NCBI RefSeq assembly: GCF_018977255.1
Contig: NW_024704743.1
Span: 102,426,001-102,490,000 of the forward strand
DNA length: 64,000 nt
Reading direction: 5' to 3'
Source of the DNA: Callorhinchus milii
Lineage: Eukaryota
Positions 1-13,128 of this stretch are shown here, one piece after another. How positions within the stretch are numbered: the stretch's first letter is position 1; each line of letters starts with the position of its first letter. Below the pieces are notes generated by a model. It saw only the letters and a list, made by a program, of their open reading frames with translations. It made no database searches and had not been told where the DNA came from. Made by a program: the position numbers and the translations under genes.

Positions 1-742
1 TTAAGTGAACAGCTAATTTTTATTGCCTTTGGAAATGATTTGAGCAAACTTAAGACGTAGCTAAGATATTCCCAACAGATTTTGCACCAATGCTTCAGGA
101 ATTTTTAACAAGAATAACCTGTTCCTGTGAATAAGACTTGCACCAAATACAATGATCTTTCTGGGGATTCACAACAACCGCCTGATCTGCTCCGATTTTC
201 TGTTCAAATTCCTTTCTGCTTTAATTAAAGTGCAGTCATGTAAAAGACCAAGAAGTGCCCTGTGTTAGTTGCGAAAATAAATGTTTAACTTAATTGACTT
301 AAAATGGGCTCAGTAATGAAATTCCAGGAAAAATGGAATGTGATATGAATTATCTATTGAATATTAAAGCAAGTAAATCAATTGATAATTTTGTTCTACA
401 TTCCAGATGTGTATATAGCAAATTAATTATTAAGAATATGCTTTATATTTAGTTGATGACTCAAAAAAATCCAAATGGAATTGTATTTTCTTTATTTAAT
501 TGCAATTTTATTTTAATCAACAAAAGTATTAAAACTTCCTCTTGTTGCCCTTACCCATGAAGGACTTTGGGTTGAAAACAAATTTACACCTCGAAGTCTC
601 AACAATGAGCTAGACAAACTGGACAACCATTAATATTGTATTGTCTAAGTATTAACATAGAGCTGCTTAGCCACACAGCACAGGAACTTTAGGAACAAAA
701 GACTGAAAGATTAAATTGATGGAGTGAAGCAGAACTTTCAGT

Positions 743-1112
743 TCCCCCTACCTACCTGCCCGTACCCTCCGTTCCTCCGGCTCCGATCTGCTCCATGTCC
801 CCCGCCCCAATCGCCCTACCATCGGTGGTCGGGCCTTCAGCCTCTCAGCCCCCAGGCTCTGGAACTCCATCCCCCAGTGCCTTCGCCTTGCTTCCTCCCT
901 ATCCTCCTTCAAGGCCGGTCTCAAAACCTTTCTCTTTGACCGTGCCTTCAGCTCCCCTCTCGACTCTCTTCCTCCTCCTCGCTCCCTCCCTTCCCTCCCC
1001 TCACCCTGACCATTCCCCCCTGCTCGGGTCCTGACCCAACTGTGCAGCGCCTTGGGACGTCCTCCTGATGTGAAAGGCGCTTTATAAATGGAATCTTGTT
1101 GTTGTTGTTGTT
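743..1112 (+). mobile_element. Young L2-clade LINE, 5'-truncated 3' end (ORF2 C-terminus, 3' UTR, (TTG)n tail)
   Basis: Translates to PYLPARTLRSSGSDLLHVPRPNRPTIGGRAFSLSAPRLWNSIPQCLRLASSLSSFKAGLKTFLFDRAF, a typical L2 ORF2 C-terminus. Ends gggacgtcctcctgatgtgaaaggcgctttataaatggaatc(ttg)n. Near-identical to the copies at 12.7, 20.4 and 41.3 kb. Confidence 0.92.
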
Positions 1113-1694
1113 ACTCAAAATAGATTCTCACAAAGTGTTATATTCAGACCTTCAGGCAGATTGTTTTCCTCTCAAAGACCACTCCAGAGATACAGTTTGG
1201 AGTCTGTACACACTAGGTAAAAATCATTGATTTGAGTTTCCATGGAAGCTCAATTTGAGGTGTGAACAATCAAGGCCATTGTCTTTGGGCTAATAATCAT
1301 GGAACATCTTAATCTCACCACATTCCCCCTTGAGCATGAATACCGTGGAAAGCAATATTCTTCTAGATGTGCCAATGCATCCTAGCTGTTTGTTTTACAC
1401 ACAAAGTGGTTTGACTACTTGTCATAGTTGCATACTCAGTTAGGTTTCTATCCGGCCCAGGCTTTTTTCTATAATGAGCTGCCCGGTTTGAACTTTACCT
1501 ATTCTCACAAACTTTGTCTCCTTCCAACCCTCCTGGGACCGGGGTAAAAGAGCAAGGAGGGTGAATGTGATTGGTGTCAATGATGTGCATAGGGCTTTGT
1601 GTCAGAGTGGGCATAAGAAGAATCAGAGCAAAAGAGTCTGAGGGTTAACAACTGAGAAAGTGTATGAGGTTATTGTAAGGATGAAATATGAATC

Positions 1695-2043
1695 TTTGCA
1701 TTTGATATAACATCTGTATCATTGAAGTGTCTCAAATAGCTTTGTATGGAACTTAGAAGCCAATTGCTCATAACAATGTCCAGCAAAAAGCCAGGAAGAA
1801 AATAACTCATTTTAGCTGGAGGCCAGACACCGGGAGCAATTCCCTTCTCTTTTTGAATAGTATTATTGTGTCTTTAACAGGCAGACAGGACGTTGGTTTA
1901 ATGCCCCATCTGAAGGGCAGTGCTTCCAACAATGTAACATTCTCCCAGCACCTTACTGGAGTCGGACTACAAAAAAAAGCCTGAGGTGCAACTTCAACCC
2001 ACAACCTTCTGTATTAGAGTGGTACTAACTGAGCCAAGCTAAT
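1695..2043 (-). mobile_element. Old tRNA-headed DeuSINE-like SINE, degraded
   Basis: The reverse complement has a ggctcagttagta...ggttgtgggttgaag head, a cagatggggcattaaacc body and an atatcaaatgcaaag tail, as in the other old copies. Confidence 0.65.
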
Positions 2044-3424
2044 GCCTGAACAAAATTGGCAAAGTTAGAGGGACTCAGGAAAAACTAAAGTGAGGTCACA
2101 TTGCTTCTAATTTACAATATTTCTTTGTGAGATTTCTGTAACTTCTGATGAGTGAATTAACTCATTAACAAAATTAATGCTGGTTAGGTAACACTTTGTG
2201 GAAAAATGATTGAAATCTTGTTAATTAATAAGTAAAGCCACCAATCACTGACTTTGTCACACAGCTCGGGTTCAAGGTCCGCTGGGGTATTAGATCTGCC
2301 AATCTCTGGATCGTGCCTTTGAATTAATGGATACCAGTTTACCTCAACATGTCAGAGAAAAATTGGTATCCCATCAGCAGTACAACAGAATTATCTGTGC
2401 ATTAAAACTCATATAGCTGAATATTAAGGGAAGGAATGTAGTCCTTTAAGAAGGGTTAAGCAAAGCCAAGATTGTAGTCTTGCCTGACTGCATTCAAACA
2501 AATGCTTATGAGAATAGAGACTGCTACAAATCATAGCAATTCTCAGAAGGAAAAGAGTTATTGTGTTATGCAAGAAGCTGAAGAATACATAAATACAAGA
2601 TTCATAGTTTCTTAGTGCCGAAAGGCCTCATCTCAAGAGACATGAGAAAAACATTCAAAAAATGGACCACCATATAACATGTGTGTGAAGGATAGTACAT
2701 GGTTTGCAAAAGAACGCAGACATGTGTAGTCTGCTAATGATATTCTTTTAAATGTACATTCACACCTGTCCTATGGCAGAGGGTTTCAAGTGAACGTGTA
2801 TAATGGGCTCTACAAATGTTACAATCTGAGGTAGATAGATCTGTAATGTCTAGGGAGAGGCCTGGCTACTTGGCTACTTTAGCAATACTGGTGTTTTTGT
2901 GTATTTATGAAATATGTATACCATACTGTCTTGCCTGTTTGTTTGGTCTCTTACCATATATATAATGCAACAAGAGGACCGAATGGTTGTTCATTACAAA
3001 AAAATACTTTGTATAAAAATAAGGCAAGTGATATAATTATTATAATAATTATAAACCTTGCAGGTGAAAAAGCACCTTTCCCGTCATCAAAATGTTTCTA
3101 AAGCACTTTACAGTGTATTTTGTAAGTGAACAATCAGCCAATTTGCATAAAAAAAATGTTACACAAACAGCGTTGTTTAAATGATCAATTTTATTTGGAG
3201 GATTGTTGGCCAGAACTTAGGGAGAAATTCCCTTTCCTTGAAGAACAATGTCACAGGATTTTTAACGTCAACAGACAGGCTCGAGTGTTATTTACTCTGC
3301 CGTTTTACTTGCAAATGTTTTTTTAATCCAAAGTGCAATTCACTGCTGCTTCAGTTGATCAAACGTAGCAGCTTCAGGAATCATTAAGCTCAGGATCAAA
3401 CACCACAATCTACTTCTTCACTTT

Positions 3425-3550
3425 CAGTTTAAAATTTTACCTGGGTCTAGATTTATTCATTTTTGTTAGCATTTCAGACTATACAGAATTTTGAAAATTC
3501 TTAAAAACAGCATTAATTTTGAAGCCAGTTTCCTGTGAATTTCTTTCAAA
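3425..3550. mobile_element. Palindromic MITE-like family, left-arm fragment
   Basis: acctgggtctagatttattc...agcatttcagac...cagaattttgaaaattctt...aattttgaagc matches the arm at 54897 and 33047. Confidence 0.6.
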
Positions 3551-3574
3551 CACTGCAGAAAAACAGCTTCAGAA

Positions 3575-4820
3575 TCTAGACTTTTGAACAAAGTTCTCAC
3601 CATCAAAGACATCATTGTTGATGAAAACATTGATATCCTGGTCCTCACTGAAATCTGGATCATCCCTGGCGACACCTTCCCCCTGAGTGAGGCCACAATA
3701 CCCGGCTATATCTCCCACCATACCCCACGTCCTAACCAATGTGGTAATGATGTGGCTTTCATCTCTAGGTACTCACTTTTTCTATCCCCCTACTCCTCTG
3801 GCTCGTTCCCCTCCTTCGAGCACCTTGCCCTCTACCATCCCTCCAATCTTTCCCTCAAAATTCTCCTGATTTATTGTCCCCGAATCCCTCACCCACCTTC
3901 ATCTCTGACATCTCCACGCTCTTAGCTTCCCTCTACATCTGTTCAAAATGCCTCCGCATCCTAGGCAACTTCAACATGCACTTCACCCCTTCTTGCTCTA
4001 TCTCCACCAACTTCCTCCTCTCTCCTTTCCTCTTACAACCTTTCCCTCCATATCCACATTCATGGCCAACTACTTGATCTGGGGCCTCAGTGTCTCAGAC
4101 CTCACAATTACAGATAAAGCCATCTCAGATCACAATTCAATCTTGCTTCACTCTTCAATCCCTCTCCCCACTGCCACCCAACCCCCCTCCATCTCTTACC
4201 AGCCCTGGAAAAGAATATTTGCGCACTCTCTCTCTCCAATGCCCTGGAGTTGTCTGAACACATCCCCCTCTGCCCTACCTCCCACACAGATTTATCCTCC
4301 TTGGTCACTCTGCTCCACAACTCTCTCTCCACCATCCTCAATGCCCTTCCCCCCCTCACCTCCCGAGCCACCTCCTACTCACGCAACTCACTGTGGTACA
4401 CAAACCACCTCCGATCACTCAAGGGTCAATTGCATGCCATCAAATGCACCTGGCTCAAATCTAATTTGATGACCCACCAGCAGATATGGCTGGACCACAT
4501 AAAAACTTACCGGTCTGCCTTCGCATCCCTAAATTATCCTTCTATTCCAAGATAATCTTGGATGCCAAGGACAACCCCAGGCTTCACTTCTCCATTACCA
4601 ACCAGTTCCTCCATCCACCCTCTCACATCCTCTACTCCAACTCCAACTGCAAAGGAGATGCTGGATTTCCTCGAAACCAAAATTGAGGGGATCCGTTCAG
4701 CTGCCTATGCCCTCCCAACCATCAACCCTCCCCATCTCTTCCTCACATTTTGGTGCCTAACCATCCCTCCCTCCACCCCTTCGAACCTGTCTCCCCCACT
4801 TCGCTCACCACCAATAAAAC
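3575..4820 (+). mobile_element. Decayed L2 ORF2 N-terminal region (APE endonuclease and linker), frameshifted
   Basis: Broken frames read NKVLTIKDIIVDENIDILVLTEIW...PGYISHHTPRPNQCGNDVAFI, ILGNFNMH, ISDHNSI and WYTNHLRSLK. These match the APE motifs LTETW, GDFN and SDH and the L2 'PWY' linker. Confidence 0.88.
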
Positions 4821-4844
4821 CCACATGAAACCCACCACCTTCTG

Positions 4845-5365
4845 TATAGCACCTTTCACATCGGAGGACGTCTCAAGGCACTGGACACTCAAGGATTTGG
4901 ATCCAAGCAAGTGGTTGGGTTCAGGAAACATGGAGGGCAGGGAGGGTAGGAAGGTGACAAAAGGTGCGGTCAAAAGGGGAGGGTCTAGAGATGTGCTTTA
5001 AAGGAGGCAAGGATGGGAGCAACGTAAAGGACTGTTGGATTAAGTTCCAAATGGTGGGGGCAGAGAGGCTGAAAGGCATGACAGCCAATGGTGGGGCAGA
5101 CAGGGCAGGGGACATGGAGCAGGCCAGGACCTGCTGAGCGGAGGGTGCAGTCAAGTCAATAGAGGTAGGAAGGAGCAAGGCCGTGGAGGGCTTTGAAGGT
5201 GAGGATGAGGATTTCAAACTCTATCCTCTATGGGATGAAGAGACAGTGGAACCAGGTGAGGATAGGGGTGATAGGATCTTGCAGCCTGGTGCTGCAGAGC
5301 ACACAAGCTGTCGAATTCTGATTGATCTGCAGTTTATGGAAGGAAGAGTTGGAAAGGCTGACAAG
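4845..5365 (-). mobile_element. Older L2 3' end
   Basis: Minus-strand frames give FHKLQINQNSTACVLCSTRLQDPITPILTWFH and FSLSAPTIWNL, with an L2-type terminal stem-loop near 4850-4880. Confidence 0.8.
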
Positions 5366-5674
5366 CAAATAAGGACTCTTCATAACGCAATTTGTTTGTT
5401 TGATTGTTTGCACCTACTCCTGTTCCTATTTCCCAATAGGCCATAAACCTTACATGGGCTTTGTCAGAGATGTCAGATGCATCATCAGACCAATGGCTGC
5501 CTGTTCAGGTGAATGTTAATGACCACATCCCACTATTCAAAAAAGAGAAGGGAGTTTCTCCTGGTTTCCTGGCAAACAATCCCTCAGATTAAAAAAAAGG
5601 TAATTCACTTCATGGCTGCTGTGGAACATTGTTGTTCACAAATTGGCTGCCACATTCACCTACAAATACAATAT

Positions 5675-5922
5675 AAAATTGCATTTGTAAAGTGCCTTTC
5701 ATGCTGGGAGCACGTCCCAAGGTGCTGAACAGTCAGGGATCAGGACCTGAGCATGGGCGACAGGGTTGGAATGAGGGAGGGCAGCGGGTATAGGAGAGCG
5801 GCCAAAGGCACTGTCAAACAGGAGGTCTTGAGTCGTGCCTTGAAGAAGGTGAGAGAGGGAACAAGACTAAGGGATTGTGGGGTGAACTTCTATTAGGTGG
5901 GGGCAGATAGGCTGAAGGCCCT
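5675..5922 (-). mobile_element. L2 3' end fragment, adjacent to an old SINE body at ~5495-5670
   Basis: gtaaagtgcctttcatgctgggagcacgtcccaaggtgctg...caaacaggaggtcttgag...ggctgaaggccc is homologous to the young L2 3' end. Confidence 0.7.
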
Positions 5923-6864
5923 TCTGGATTATGGATTCACTCAACAAAGAAAACGTGAGCAAGGCTAGTATACTGCAAACCAACACTCAAATCGACCAAC
6001 TTCAAGAGTGACTACCACCAGTTTGGGTCAAAGTCAGTGGACTCACACATATAGATGGTAAATTATTATTAAGTCTCAACCACAAATTTCAAAGAAATGA
6101 TAATAATTGTTATCATGCCTTATAGTTTGTATTCTGCAAATTGCATATTGAAAGGAAATCCTTCAATTTCTCTCCTTAGTCAGGTATTTTGTGACAAAAG
6201 CATTCCTTGACACACCTCCTTTAGCAAATTAAGGAACTAANTTTTTTCCTATTTAGCTTTTTTGGACAGGGTAAACAGGATCAGAGGTTGTGAGTAAAAA
6301 TGCATCAGTAATAAATCAGCATTATTTTGGTGGCACGTTTTAGGGTGCACAAATGGCAAAGAATAAATGAATTATGCATCATGCCCTAAATATTGTGGGA
6401 AAATAATGACATTGTCAATGGTTCTTCCAAATCATTTTCATATTTATTTTGCTGGCCCTTTATACCATCTTCTTTCTTGACAGTGATTAGTTTCACTTTT
6501 CGATTGAAAATATTTTCACAGAATAAGTGAAATTTCCATATCTCTCTTCAGCTCACTCTGTCTTTGTAATTTTAAACTTGATGCTGTTTTTAGTTTTCAG
6601 AAGCAGCAACCTATTGGGTGCAGTTCAAAATCTGTATCAATTTCTCCACAAAAAATCAGGCAAAATTTTAATTTACAAAAAAATCTTAACTCTTTAATTA
6701 CTAAGAGGCAGTTTAGTAACTAAAGAGGCAGTTTAGTTACAAAGACAAAAAGGCAGTGAAAAGATGATTTTTCGCTCATTCCACCTTTTTGGAAATGTTA
6801 TGCCCAAATAGTGGCATAAATCAGTTAGCCCATAAAGAGTTTATGGCCTATTGGAAAATAGGAA

Positions 6865-7250
6865 CAGGAGTAGGCCATTCAACCCATTGATCATGGCCGA
6901 TCTGCAGCTGAATTTCACAATCCCGCTGTCTCCCAAATCCCTTGATACCCTAAGTATTTATCTATTTGACGTTTCATTTGACTCTAACTTCATTATGGTC
7001 TTGGGGAATGAAATCCATACTTTTATTACCCATTATGCAAAAAAATTGTTTCCTTATTTCTCTTTTAAATGGTTTGCCTCAAGTTTAAAACAATGGGCTC
7101 TAATCCTCAATTCTCTCACCAGAGGAAACAGTTGCTCACTGTCATCCTGTTAAATCCCTTTACACCTCAATCAGATCACCCCTCAACCTCTTGAATTTGA
7201 GAGAATACTATCCAAGTTTTTCTACCCTTTCATCATAATTTAGGCCATTG
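6865..7250 (-). mobile_element. CR1-clade LINE 3' end, degraded
   Basis: aggaacaggagtaggccattca...cccttgataccc...accagaggaaacagt...cacctcaatcagatcacccctcaacct is the reverse complement of the LRGDLIEV region plus a CR1 3' UTR. Confidence 0.7.
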
Positions 7251-7942
7251 AAAGATGATCTTATCTAGGCGTATAAATTTACTAAGGGATTTGACAGGCT
7301 GAACAGTAAGGCTAGCCAACCTTGCTAAGTGTTTCTCTGTCAAGAGAAATCCGAAATGAATCATCTCACAATTTGCCACATTGAACTCTTTATTTACACT
7401 TACAGATCTCTTAATCCCATTATCATTTATTGCTGCCACATTTCCTTTTGGTTGTCTCCCTCTACCCCGCCCCCCACAACATAAAAAAACATGTTTTATG
7501 GACTATCCTTACTTTTCTTTTTGTGTTTTTTTGGAAAATTATGCTGTCAATTATTGAATTACTACTTATATATCACAAGAGATTTTAAAACATAATAAAA
7601 TGTATATCAGGTGAAGGACTAAAATGAGAAGAACTAAAATCAGTGCCACTGAAGCAAGGCTGAATGCTCTTGCTCACTGACTGAGGCTTATCTAACTATC
7701 TAAACATTGTTTCAAATAGAATCCATCTAAGTTCTAATGACCCCAGCGAAATAACCTGGAGACATTCATTAACTGGACTCACGAATAAAGAAAGTGCTCT
7801 TGAATGACGTCCAGAAAGCAGGTGACACCGGAACTGTAGCTTTATAATAAGAGGCCAGAAAATTGGACGAGGAAAAATTAAGTAAAAATAACTTGAGAAA
7901 TTAAATATTCAAATAGTTGCCACTGAAAGCTGATATAAAAAT

Positions 7943-8130
7943 ACAACAACAACAACAATTTGGATTTATATAGCGCCCTCCACGCCGCACTGCGTCTCAG
8001 AGCGCTTTACAGTAACGGATCCCGGGGTCGAGCCAGGGGGAGGGGGGGAAGGTGACCAAAGGCGCAGTCGAAAAGAAAGGTCTTCAGCAGAGACCTGAAA
8101 ATGGGAAAGGAGGGAGCGAGACAAAGGGAT
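7943..8130 (-). mobile_element. L2 3' tail of a second L2 family
   Basis: (aac)n-ttggatttatatagcgccctccacgccgcactgcgtctcagagcgc...gtcgaaaagaaaggtcttcag. Same architecture as the 3' end at ~44.0 kb. Confidence 0.75.
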
Positions 8131-8274
8131 ATACACATTTGAGATGTAAAATTACCCACTTCCCATTTAGCTTATTCAGTGGCAAAAAAGTACTTAAATA
8201 AGTATAAAAAATGTTTATAATTTTGCATCCCTGCTTCATGTGTCTTGATGACTGTGGAGGAAAATAATGAATCA

Positions 8275-8470
8275 AATAATAATAATAATGATAATAATAA
8301 TAATAATCCTTGTATTTGATACAGTGCCTTATCGTGTCTTTGAAACGTCTCAAAACGCTTCACAGAATATACTGTAAAGAGCATTGACTAAATATTTTGT
8401 AGGTGAAACACAGCAGCCAATTGCGCAGAGCAGTATACCTTAAACAGTCATGGATTGAGTGATCACATTA
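8275..8470 (-). mobile_element. SINE 3' half with (TTA)n tail
   Basis: (aat)n-ccttgtatttgatacagtgccttatc...cacagaatatactgtaaag...cagccaattgcgcagagcagt matches the 3' half of the full copies. Confidence 0.8.
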
Positions 8471-9295
8471 TAATTTATATAATATTTTTAACAAATTTGG
8501 TTTTGGGGGGAATGTTAAGAAATAAACTGTAGGTTTATAATGACAGTTCTCTCAGCAGCACTATATAGAATCCCAAGAATAATATTTCGTTGAATAAACA
8601 TGTTCTGTTGAACAATTTTTTTTAAACAACACTGAGTATAGAAAGTCTGGTTGTTCATGTTGCTATGCTGCTGATGATATCAAGTGATGGCTTTAATATG
8701 ATGGGAAAATAGTTGTCTCAGTGGTTATGGCACACCAAAGCAGTGTGCCAATCTATAATTCCAACTTCCAACTTTGGGGAAAAGAACAGATCATACTGTA
8801 TTAACTTTGCATCAGCACAGAACAGGATGGCATCTTCACTTCATAAGAAATGCATGGCACAATATAAAATGTTTTGAGGACAGTTAATATTTTAAAATGT
8901 ATTTCTGTGTCTGTATTTGACAAACAAGATGCAATGTTAATATTCCTACATAACACAGTTTGTAAATCATCAAACACATCAAGGTGCTAATGTTTTGATC
9001 CCAAGCTCAAATAAAAATATTGTTGTACAACGGACTTTTCTCTGCTTATTGCTCACCTTGACAGTATATTTTTATATTGCTGAATGTTTAATCTAATGCG
9101 CATCGCTTCTTCAATTCATTAATGCTTGAATGCCAAGATTTTCACTGCCCACTTTGATTTTCATTGTTTAATTTATACAGTGCAAGTTAAACATGGGTTT
9201 GGACAACAAGACTTTGCAAATTTAATGAGGTCTAATTTGAAATATTCACTCACTGGATTTTTTTTTGCGTTTACTGTGAATTCTAGTTTTTAACC

Positions 9296-9400
9296 ATCTA
9301 TATGCTCCTACTCGGTGACATCATCCACAGGTATGGGGTTACCTTCTACATGTATGCAGACTACACTCAACACTTTCTCTCTGCCTCCACCCTCGACTCG
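9296..9400 (+). mobile_element. Short L2 RT fragment (YADD region)
   Basis: Translates IYMLLLGDIIHRYGVTFYMYADYTQHFLS, versus the L2 pattern IYMLPLGDII...FHMYADDTQLY. Confidence 0.7.
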
Positions 9401-9828
9401 CGGAGAGAATGCAGGATAGAGTTCCAGAGTGTGGGGACATAAATGCAAAGCTGTCTGAAATATAGTTTGCTTTGTTCCTCTGTAATATTTCCTTTAAAGG
9501 ACTAAAAGTTCTATTGTGATAGTAGAAGAACTAATGATGGAATTTTAAAAATTCAGCAATCCGTGCCCTTTTTTAACGTAAGAAATTCCATTCAATTCCA
9601 CATACTGTTTTGGCAGTATTTTTGAAGTATTCTTTATTGTTCCTGTAACAAGGCCACAATGCATTGATAGCTTTTACTGGACTGGGAGAAGACACATCTC
9701 TTGACATAAAAATATGCAGTATCACCATCAAAACCGTAATTAATCTTGTTTGACTGTGCACTTTTTGGTCTGCAAATTTATAAAACACTGTGCTGTGTGA
9801 AACCTTTATAAATTATGTGTTTCTGCAA

Positions 9829-10303
9829 CGTTTATAAAACATTGGTTAGGTCTCAGCTGGAGTACTGTGTTCAGTTTTGGGCACCATATTTTAGGAAGGA
9901 TGTCAAGGCATTGGAGAGGGTGCAAAGGAGATTTACCAGGATAGTACCAGGAATGAGAGACTTCAGTTATCAAGAGAGGCTAGAGAAGCTAGGATTATTC
10001 TCCTTGGAGCAGAGAAGGTTAAGAGGAGACTTAATAGAAGTTTTCAAAATTGTGAGTGGATTTGATAGACTGAACTAGGAGAAACTATTTCCACTGGCGG
10101 GTGGGTGGGATTTGGAATGCATTGCCTGAAAGGGTGGTGGAAGCCGATTCAATAACAACTTTTAAGAGAGAAACAAGTTATGCAGGGCTATGGGGAGGGA
10201 GCGGAGAGTGGGATTGAATTGGATAGCTTTTTACAAAGAGCCGGCACAGACATGATGGGCCGAATGGTCTCCTTCTGTGCTGTATAATTCTATGATTCTA
10301 TGA
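9829..10303 (+). mobile_element. CR1-clade LINE 3' end with an internal deletion
   Basis: ORF 9815-10078 reads YKTLVRSQLEYCVQFWAPYFRKDVKALERVQRRFTR...LGLFSLEQRRLRGDLIEVFKI. Ends in the CR1-type (attctatg)n tail. Confidence 0.92.
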
Positions 10304-12529
10304 AATTCCATCCCTTTTTTCAATATTAAGACAAGAATACTTTTACAGCTGTTACTTGTGATGCTAATATGATGGAAGTTCTTCTCAGATGAACCAAACA
10401 TGTTAGTTTTTAAAGAACCTCTGATGAAGAACATGTTCCATTGAAAAACATTTTTTATCTATAAAAACATCCATTTGTCCATAAATTTATGTCTTTTTGA
10501 GGCCAAACTGGCAGGTGTACATGGTAGTACCATCTGCTATTTTCAGGCAGTCATGGATGGGTTTCAATGGCACATCACATAAGACGACTAGATTTTAATG
10601 CTTTTTATATCCTCTAGGAGTTTAGGACAGCAGTTACATAAATGCTAAGTAGCATGTAAAATGCTCAACTTCCTGTAATTAGTTTGCAACATTGGCTGTG
10701 GTACAGCTAAAAGTGACACTGAGAAGACAAATGAGGATAGTTAAAATTTACTTTGGAGGATTACTGTGCTCTGAGATGCTACTGCAAGTGAAGGATGCTA
10801 TATAAATGCAAGTGTTTGTTGTTATGCTTACTAGAAAAGACATTTTTCAGTAAGTTGTCAATCTGAAAACAACTTCTTTACACAGTGGTGTAAACAATAC
10901 CTACTCACCCTCTGTTTATCCAGTTTGCCTCCAGAAATGGCAGCTTTCCCCCAGGATCCCACTTTATTTTGGCTCTTCCTGCAAGCATGACAACCCTCAG
11001 AAGGAAGTTGGTGGTTAGATCAGCTTTTTTCCCCTTGAACAGCCCTTTGCTATAACATCATCACCCCTTGCTGCCTACTCCATCAGGCAGCTCAACTCTT
11101 CTGAATGAGTAGAGACACATGCTCACCTTCACCAGTGCTACTCAGGGTGGGTAGGCTTCACAGGAAGCGGCAAGCGAACGGTGGTTGTCAAGAGATGTGT
11201 CTGATGATTGTGTTGTGGCACTGTTACAGGAAAAATAAAGAATCTACGAGTAGTGTTTTTTTGCGGAGGATAGCCTTGTACATTTCCTTGTACTAATTGC
11301 AACACTTTCCAATGAATAAAGCACTTTGCGACATCTTGCTGATGTGAAAGGCATTATATCAAATTAAACTATTAATTATTTATTTGTTTATTATTTATTA
11401 TAGATTTTAGATAGAAAAGACAACACATATACATGAAGATAAAATACCTGAAGTGACTCCTTGCTGACTTGTCTTTCCCATGTAGACTAACAAAGAACTT
11501 CATAGGATATTTTGATACTGCACTGCACACAATCCACGTCCCTGGGATGGTGAAACATCCCACCAAGCCTACAGTTGGGCCTTGGCTTTACACCTGCAAA
11601 ATCTGTCATATGCTAATACTAATAACAGGAGCATTAGCTTTTCTCTTTGGGTCATCTTTCTCTCTAGTCAAGTCTTCAGTATATTGGTATAGCCCAATGT
11701 CTCAAATATTGAGTGCCACGAGTGTTGCAGATAAAGAAATGTGAGCAAAACTTCTTTGTGCTGAAGTAGTAAGCTTATTTGTTAACTATTTAACAAAATT
11801 AACAAAAGTTAACTTTTGTTGGTAATTGTCTTTCATTGTTACTTATGTGTATATTCCACACGTTGTGTACTTTTATTCAAGACTAAAGAGTTAGACTTTA
11901 TAATCTGTATTATCTATTGTTTCTAAAAAATGGCAATTGTTCAGTGTGGTGTTGAAGATTTGTCGTGTAATTATTTATGCAATGAAGTACACCCCATTTA
12001 ACTGCCTGTAAAAAAAAATTGAACTGTCTTGTTTTGGCAGCAGTTGACAAATGTGGCTGGCATTTGATAATGCAGGTCTTGGAGTTAAGATGAACTGCCT
12101 CAGAGAGTGGGAATTGTAGGACATCCCACATCACAAGAGCAGAAGATTGGTCCAGATGAAGAAGTTCCTTCAGCCTATCTGTTTTCATCCCTCTACCCAC
12201 AGTACTGTCTCCCCAAAACAGTATCAAGCTGTTTTTTTCAAAGTGTAAGTCCAATGTCCTGGCCTCTACCATCTTTCCTGGCAGCCTGTTTCAGTTATGG
12301 ATTACCTTCTGAGTACAGAAAATCTTCCTGGTATCTACCCTGAAATTGTTCTTTACAACTCTAATTCTGTGGCCTCTTGTGTTACTGGATCACATTCCCT
12401 AACAAAATGCAGTTCCCCATATTCAACAATAACTTTCAAAAACCAGCCTTTCCAAAACCGCTCCTCCTTATGTGGTTGCTAAATCTGGGTACCTTGTTCA
12501 ACTCCTTGTTCAACTCCCTAAGTATCTCA

Positions 12530-12684
12530 TAATAATAATAATAATCTTTGCATTTGATATAGCGCCTCATCACGTCTTTGTGACGTCTCAAAGCGCTTCA
12601 CAGAATATAATAATAATAATCCTTGCATTTGATATAGTGCCTTATCACATCTTTGAGACATCTCAAAGAGTTTCACAGAATATA
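12530..12684 (-). mobile_element. Two stacked SINE 3' tails; the second belongs to the SINE that continues at 13129
   Basis: Two ~77-bp units of (aat)n-tgcatttgatatag...cacagaatata. Confidence 0.85.
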
Positions 12685-13128
12685 CAACAACAACAACAAG
12701 ATTCCATTTATTGAGCGCCTTTCACGTTGGGAGGACGTCCCAAGGCGCTATACAGTTGGGTCAGGACCCGAGCAGGGGGGAAATGGTCAGGGTAAGGGGA
12801 GGGAATGGAGGGAGCGAGGAAGGGGTAGAGAGTCGAGAGGGGAGCTGAAGGCACGGTCAAAGAGAAAGGTCTTGAGACCGGCCTTGAAGGAGGAAAGGGA
12901 GGAGGCAAGGCGAAGGCACTGGGGGATAGAGTTCCAGAGCCTAGGGGCTGAGAGGCTGAAGGCCCGGCCACCGATGGTAGGGCGGTTGGGGCGGGGGATG
13001 TGGAACAGACCGGAGCCAGAGGAACGGAGGGTACAGGCAGGTAGGTAGGGGGATAGTAGGTCGGAGAGGTAGGAGGGAGCAAGACCCTGAATGGCCTTGT
13101 AGGTGAGGGTGAGGATCTTGAATTCGAG
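12685..13128 (-). mobile_element. Young L2 3' end inserted inside a SINE
   Basis: ORF 12787-13224 includes EFKILTLTYKAIQGLAPSYLSDLLSPYLPACTLRSSGSG...KTFLFDRAF. The (aac)n tail is at 12685, and the SINE resumes at actgtaaagtgaattg. Confidence 0.92.

Noticed and set aside
6241..6241. Single N (another at 34921)
   Set aside because: Both lie next to homopolymers and are most likely base-calling or assembly ambiguities, not biology.
6700..6742. Tandem duplication of aagaggcagtttagt
   Set aside because: Ordinary two-copy slippage duplication with no further structure.
12530..12700. CRISPR-like or satellite array
   Set aside because: The units are stacked SINE/LINE tails, the context is eukaryotic and there are no unique spacers.
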